Shown: positions 1 to 8,300 of the stretch, one piece after another
Position numbering within the stretch: the stretch's first letter is position 1
How the letters are laid out: every line of letters begins with the position of its first letter
Assembly: GCF_964355755.1 (NCBI RefSeq)
Contig: NC_092677.1
Span: forward strand, 24,043,175-24,107,174
Direction: 5' to 3'
Length of the DNA: 64,000 bases
Source of the DNA: Antedon mediterranea
Taxonomy: Eukaryota; Animalia; Echinodermata
The notes under the pieces: model-generated
Database searches by the model: none
What the model was told of the DNA's origin: nothing
What the model saw: the letters and a program-made list of their open reading frames with translations, nothing else
Position numbers and translations under genes: made by a program

Positions 1-1738
1 CATACCTTCTTTAGTAGATTTCATTCATTTTTATCAACTAATGGCAAAATAACGATGCACGTGCACGTTAAACTTTAATAATCGTGTGCTAAAAATATAC
101 CTATTTTTAATGGGCACCCATTTTTTTAATGGATTATGGAAGCTAATGAGTTGAATACATCTATTCATGTACAATTTGCACCTACAGGATGTTCTGACGT
201 CATCATATAGCCACTCGAATTAAAAAAATAGAATTTTTCTCTTTTATACTAGTTAATCCAATTTAATAATTTAATATGAATTTATATAAAAATGTTGCCT
301 ATCGGATGTCGTGATGTCATCATATGGTCAGTTGAATTCAAAATGTCTGATTTTATCTCTTTTGTGTGTAGCGTTTAAAAGAGCGCACATTTCACTTTTA
401 CATTCCCCAATTTTTTTTTTTATTAAAAATTATCTTCTAAAATTGTTACCTTCATGTTTCATTTTGATTACGTCATCATGTTAAAAATTGGAATAAAAGA
501 TGGGTCTCGTAATTTCTCCTTTGCCATACTATCTTTGGCTGCACTGTAGTGGTTATGCCATCCTATTACTGTACATGAAGTGAAAGTTTACAGTGATGAA
601 TTGTGTCTATTTGGTATAATACAGTTTGCAGTATTTTTATAGAATACATGTTGGTCCCGTAAGTTTAGGTATGCTGCACTCTATATATTTTACTATGAAA
701 AAAAAAATTGTTAAATTCAGGACTGACTTTGAATGTAAAATTAGGATTCAAAAATTGCGCGCTTGCCAATGCTCTATATTAAATAAATGATACGAGTTAT
801 ATCATTTTGTTTTCCAAAACAAGAATAACAACTTTTCTGCTCTGTGTTTTTATCTAACTAAGGAAGTACTGACAAAAGCAATGAGATATGATTGGATACA
901 ATATATATATATTTTTAAAAAGCTCACTTTACATTTTACGTACAATAATGTAAATGTAGTATTATTGAAAGTTGGACACATTTAGCAATAATTATAGTTT
1001 ATATATATTCTGATCAGGACTTTTAGCTTAGTTCGTCGCCATGGATTCATTAGACACATATTTATTGATGCATCAATACGTGACGAATCTCAATTTAAAA
1101 TTATCTGAAATTAAATCTCTAATCAACTACATTACGATAGGCCTATTAATCTTATATAAATAACTGAATGCCTTGCATCGTGTAAAAGAGCGAATGACTG
1201 CATTAATGGATGTCTTAAAAGTTGGATACCATTTTGCTTGAAGAGATAAAAACTTTCGATTGAACACCTACAAGGAAAAAAAAACTCTAGACAATATTCA
1301 AATTGCAGAACAATATTCATAGTATGAGAGATGAGAGATAATAGTATAGGCCCATGATTCGTAAATAAAGATAGAAATTTATTTAACTCACCTGATAATG
1401 TTTCTCCAGTACGAGATAATGACATGAGGTTTAAAGTTCCCCGCCTGTCATTCACAGGGAGACATACTAATGTATGTCTTTATTCTCTTTTTTTTCCAAG
1501 TTTTTACAGTTATATTTTAAGTTCGTATTAAGTAAGTTCTTTTACGTAAGGTCTTTTATAAAACATGTTTTTTTTTAGTTTCACTTTCATGTGGATTAAC
1601 TATATATTAATATATTTTTATATTTGTCTTTACCAGGATTGCACATGTAGTGATAAAACCGTATACAGTATACTCCATTAATATAATATTCTTAAAACAA
1701 CAATAAACATAAGCTGAAAAAAATGTAAAATATTGCAA

Positions 1739-2390
1739 TTAAAATTTAATTTGAATGGCTTCATGATAGCTATAATAAATTGGAATTACTTCAGCCTGTA
1801 CTGAATCAAGACCTTTGCTATAGACATGATCAATCAATGTATTATTTTCAGTTGTAGAACTTGTGACATGTTGTTGGTACCCATTCTCTAACATTAATGT
1901 TTTCACTTTGGAAGGTTGTTTGAAAAGATTTTCATTGAAATCACCCATTATGATACATTTAGTACATACTTTATGTATCTCTTTCAATAATTTGCTCAAA
2001 TGCTGACAGAATTGTTTTATATCATAACTTGGAGGTCGATAAATTACTGACACGACAACTGAAACTGGGCTTGTTATTAAAAATGAAATTGCCTCTATAT
2101 CATTGATACATATGTTTAATCTACTTGAAAACATGTTCTTCGAATACACAGCAACGCCACCATGAGCCAATTTTTTTAATTTTGAAGTCAGAGAATTTGT
2201 ATTAGAATACGAGTCATACCTTGATTGATGATACAATTTATATGGCTGTATATCTACGCCAAAAAAATCGTCATCCTTATTCAACCATGTTTCAGTTAGA
2301 CATATGATACTAGAATTCATAAACAAATCATTACATTGAAGATCAACAAAGTGTTGTTTAAGTCCTTGAATGTTATGTAACATTATTGAA
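1739..2390 (-). other. C-terminal APE-like (EEP) endonuclease domain
   Basis: N, E, Y, GDFN and ID motifs present; the terminal SDH motif reads SYH. Confidence 0.9.
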
Positions 2391-5300
2391 AAATTAGAAT
2401 CCAAATTATGACTTTGTTTATCATATTGTACGTATGAATTCATTTTATTTAAGCATTTCTGTATGTTTGGATCACAATAAATCAGCTTTGGATTAAAATG
2501 TTCAATGATAAGTCCAGAAATTGATGTAACACGACTCAGACTTACATATGCTTGTCCAGGCGCAAAAGTATTTTTAAGGCAGACTGATACTTTATCCATT
2601 GTCATTCCTTGCACTTTATGAACTGTGCATGCATATGCTAATTTGAGAGGAAATTGCTTTCGACTGTATTTATTTCCAACAGATTCCTGAAACATTTCAA
2701 TTGCCTGAATACCAATTTCATTATTGTCAAATTTCACTTTAATAGATACTAGTTTAGTGCTTTGACTTGCCTTAATTATTTCTTCAACATGCCCCATACA
2801 TCCATTTGTTAAACCTTTTTTAACATCTACATTTTTTATCAACATCACTCTGGCATTGACTGCAATCCACAAATAATTTAATAAACTACTTTGACGTGAT
2901 TTCCGAGGTTTATCACATTTTTTGTTTTGTCTCTTGCTGTTGACTACAACATCCTCTGCTTCAATGCATACAATATCTGTACATCTTTTATGCAACATTT
3001 TCTTATTCCATTCATCCACTTGCTTGTTGCACGGGTAAATATGAACAGCATCTTCACATTCTTCACCTGTTTGACGTGATTTCAAAACTAATAAATCTTT
3101 ATCAGACAAACATTCATTTCTTTCTTTTGTACGCAGTTTGTTTAACAATAGAGCAAATTCTTTATCTTCTTTTTGTCTCATGATTTCATCTAACTGTACT
3201 AGTTTAAAGTTATCTATCCACAATGAGCTTTCCAATGTATCTTTATATAAAGAAGTACCCATCACAGGAGGCAACTGATAAAAATCACCAACTGCAATTA
3301 TTGAAATATTACCAAATGCACTATCATTACGTACTTGCTTTATTTGCCTTAATCTTCCATGGATATACCAAAGCAACCTTTGATTTACCATTGATATTTC
3401 ATCTATGATAACAATCTGCAACTGACTCAACTGATTACGAAGTGCACTTATTTTTTCTTCTCCAAGTGGTTGATATGGAAGTGAGATATTAATGGGAATT
3501 GACAAAGCACTATGTATTGTTTGACCTTTAATATTATAGGCTGCAATCCCTGTAGGAGCTAATTTTAATATTGACAAATCATCAGGATTCTCCATAATTT
3601 TGCCAAGAATGCGTGTTGCTTCATAAAAAATACAATTTACCAGATGACTTTTACCAGTACCAGCACCTCCAGTTATAAAAGTATAAAATGGTTCAGGTCG
3701 TTTACCATTAACTTTGTCGAAGCACCATTGTCTTGTCTTGTAAAATATATGTTGTTGTTTTTCATTTAAATGTCTAATCATTTTGTTCAATTCTGGTCTT
3801 GAAATATAAGACGAATTAGATTCTACTTTAGAAGTATGATTTTTTGGAAGTTCAAAATCTGGAATAACAAATTCGTTTTCTTCATCATCAATGTCTACAT
3901 TTGGCTTTGGATTGTCTAACCTTTCTTTTTCTGTTTCTGGACATAAAAGACTCCATGCATCTTCTTGTGGTCCAAATTTGGCTAAAAACTCTTTTGCGTC
4001 TTCAACATCATCAGCACTTTTTTCATACTGTTTCATGTTTCCTTGAACTATGGACTTTACTCTTTGCAATTTACGACTACCACATAATTTAACAGATCCG
4101 TCCTCATAAAATTGTTCATATGTTTGAAAATTTGGTGGTTTTAACTGTTCATCATTTCGAAACGGTAAAAATAACTGCAATATACTTAGATAATATTTGT
4201 CAGGATCTCTATCCATATGAAATCGAGGGTATCGGACTATAGCATTGCTAGTTTTCGTTCTTTTTTGTATAAATCCAAACTGCTTTTTTAATTTAAATAC
4301 ATTCTTTTTTTTCCCTTTCATTTCTGATATACTTAATATTCTATAATTAGAACAAAATGTTGCAAGGCACATTTTATTAAATTCAAAACTATTAGGTCGA
4401 GCTTTATATTTATCAAGCTTATTTGGCAACCAGGCACAATCGTTATCATCTGCTTTGGTTTTAATTACACTTAGTGGTAAACTCATTCTAACAGGATTAG
4501 GTCCTACTGGAATATATTCCACTTTCCTTGAACATTCTTTTAATCTCAAACCACAGACACGATAAACACTTTCTTGGGCAGAAACTTCTCGATTATTCAT
4601 GTAGACATTACCAAGTTTTCGTAAACTTTGTCTAGCATCTTCATTTCCTTCTTTCACTTCTGATGCTGTATGAGATAAAAGTAAGCCCATTTCCCGTTCA
4701 GATTTTGACAAATATTGCACAACGTAAGTAATACATGCATATACATTTGTTATATACTGAATATCCATATTAGCATTCCATGCTCTTAATAAGGAAGGAT
4801 TATACTGATTTACCCATGCGTCTTGAGGGTTTCTCTTCATAACAATCTTTTCTTCAGTAGCTATACAATTATTTGCCTTCTCAAATGCACTTTGTGTGAT
4901 ACCTAAACTTTTGAAAAGTTCTTTGGCATTTTCATATGGTTCTTCATTAGTCACAGCCTCTTTTACTGAGGTTAACAAATCTTTTGCTTGTTTAGTATCA
5001 TCATTACTTTCACTCACAGTAGGTCTCATAACAAATGTTTTTTGAGAAGGTTGTCTTGGAAAGTTAAATCTACAAATTGTTCCTTTCTTCTTACACGATT
5101 TAGAATGTCTTTTACTGTGAATCTGCACACTGGTAACAATTTCATTCAATTCAGGATCTACAGTTTGACATGGAACAGAACAAGAAATATATTTATCAAC
5201 AAAATTAATAACTTCCTTATCTTCATCTGAACAAAAAACAGGAGCATTTTCAACCCAAACTAACATATGAACATGTGGACTTCCTCTCATTTGAAATTCA

Positions 5301-8300
5301 ATTCGATAAAAATAATCTACAACTTTACCAATAGGCTGTGCTTCAGACAGAATTACATTTTTCAAAAAAGTATGGAAGCGTTTGTCAAACATTCTCGCAA
5401 CAGTCACTGGATTCGACTTCAACAAATTACATTTATCTGCCCATTCTAGTTCATCAATGTTTCTTTTGTCTCCTGCTTGACTTAACAATGTAGTCATTAT
5501 TTCTTTCCAACGAAAGTCAGCACTTGAGAATGAAAGAAAAAATGTTGGTTTGCCAATCTGTCTAACCATTGCCATTACGTCCTTTTGTGTTGCTTGCCAG
5601 TATGGCGGAGTCCCACGTATCTGTTTTAAAAATTTATAACCCTTGTCAGATTTTAAAATTTCCTCAACTTTGTTGACGTCTTTTAAATCTGCTATAGTTA
5701 CTTTGCTAAAATCATCCTTTTTACTTGACCCTTTTCGCAATGCAATGGAAATACTCGATAAAATTTGTTGAAGTTCATATAAAGATTGAGCATAAAATAT
5801 GAATTCAGTATTTTTGGCAAACCTGTTATCTACATGCATTAATCTGTTGTGGAAATAACGTCCAAATGATATTTTAACATCTCTGATGTCGTGGAATGTT
5901 GGTTGGCCTGTGGGAAATAAAACTGGAAATGATTTTGCTTCATTACTTTCATTCTTTAACAATGCAACAGGGCTATTATTTTCACAAGGCGCACAACAAA
6001 TTATGTCACGAAAATATTCATCAACCACATTTTGTCGCCTGTCAACAGGTTGAAGACTTGTGTCAAAGACAGCACCACTTAATCGGTCTTCCACTTCTTC
6101 TTCATTATTTTCTAAATGTGTTTCACCATTATTATTATTACCACTTTCTATGTTTTCTTTAGATAAATAATTGTGCCATTCTTCATTAATAGCTACATCA
6201 AAATACCATTTGTTATGATCCTGTAAATATTCAAGAGCTTGTATAACATTAGCTGTGTTAACAAATTTGTATTTATAGTAACTTTTATAAGACAACTTTC
6301 GCTTCAACTTTACGGATATTAATTGATCAACAGCCTCTGGTCTAGGCAGCATTTTCACAGTTTCAATAGTATTTGATGGTACGCATACAACTGGGCCATG
6401 TATTCCATGCTGTCCACCTTTGGGTAAATTCATTAATTTCATAAAAGGAATATTTAATCCTATCAAGTGCTGCTCTAAATTATTTAAACACTCAAGCTCA
6501 GGAGGAATATCATGCAGTTCTAAATTGTTTGAATTGGCTTCTGCAGGGACTTTTCCATTTAACAGTTTTCTGTGGCATGTGAAACAAATCCATAAACGAC
6601 ATCTTGGTGATTCAATAAATTGACAAGGTTTATTACATTCATTATTGCAAATATGCAAATACTTTTCATTTATACATGTCCTATTTTCGTACTTAGATTT
6701 AGTGCACTTCATAACTTGATTCTTAAATAACATTTTAAAGCATACACAACAAACATATTCAGGACCACGAGAAATTGTTTCTCTGAAGTTTTTCAAAACA
6801 AACTCAAAATTACTATTTTCTATGTTTCTCTTTTCTCGATGCTTCTTACTTTTCCTAAAAACATTTTTTCGAAACACTGGATCACGATGATATTTTTCTT
6901 TAAATCTTAGCTTACAACTTTTTTTACACTTTTGTCTAAATTCCAAATTAGCACGATATTTTTCTGACAATCTTAGCTTACAGTTTTGTCTAAATTTTAA
7001 ATTATTTCGATACTTATCTGCCAATTTTTGCCTTAAGTTTTCTCTGAATTTTGAATTATTCCGATACTTCATTACGAATTTTGTCTTCAAATTTTCTCTG
7101 AATTTTGAATTATTCCGATACTTCATTACGAATTTTGTCTTCAAATTTTCTCTGAATTTTGAATTATTCCGATACTTCATTATGAATTTTGTCTTCAAAT
7201 TTTCTCTGATTTTTGAATTATTACGATACTTTAATACGAATTTTTGCCTAAAATTTTGTCTGAATTTAGGGTCAGTGTGATACTTTTCTGCAAATTTGGA
7301 TTTATTTTTGGTTTTCGTGTTATATCTAAATATTATATCATTGTGGTATCTATTTAATTTGTTCTCTTTTTTGATTGTTCGGTAATCAAAATTAATTTTG
7401 TAGTTATGTCTCGCTTTATTTCGTATCTTAATACTATAATCAGGTTCATATCTATACATGTTGTATTGTCTTTCTCTGTTTTCCTTCCTTTTTTGGAATT
7501 TATAATCATCATCAGCATATCTTATTTTCTGTGCTTCTTTTATTTTACGTTTCTTTTCTTTGTAGACATAATCACTTTCATATTTGCTTCTATTCTCATT
7601 TGTTTTTTCTGAATTATCTTTTGATTCTCTTTGCCTTTTCATTCTTTGTTGATTCTTGTGCTTTTCTTTTCTATTTCTGTAAGATTGTTTTTTTTTTCCT
7701 TTCAATAGTTTTATTTCACTTTCAAAACAAAGACCTTCAATCGTTTTACTCTGTTTGTGTTTTGGTTCTATGTCTTCAAATATGTCACATGTTTCTTTTC
7801 TCATTTGCTTTCGTTTCTTTGTTGTAGAATTCTTTTTCATAAAAATGGCCTCTGTTTTAGAATTTTTGTTTTGTGATGTCTTATCCATATTAACTTGTCC
7901 TGATGTTTCTTGAACATCGACAGATTCCACTACATTAAAATGCACATTCATAGTGTACAAAATGTATATACCATTGTCAGTTGTAACATCATCTATTCTT
8001 CCCGGTTTTTTAGCAGAAAACAATTGCCACGTCAAAAGTTGATCATTGAATGAATAAATATCTGTATGAAGCAAGTTTGCCATTGCACTTATTTCAGTAT
8101 TGGATGCCCACGTTCCATTATCCATTATTCTTTTTCTCAACACATATTCCTTAACTGATGTATATTCATGACTAAATGTATTAATAAATAAGTCACCAGT
8201 CTTCAATAAATGATTAGTAATTGCTTTTCTTAATAGTAAATGATTATCTTCAGTTCCAGAAATAATGTATGAAATTGCACGATAAAAACAATTACCATCA

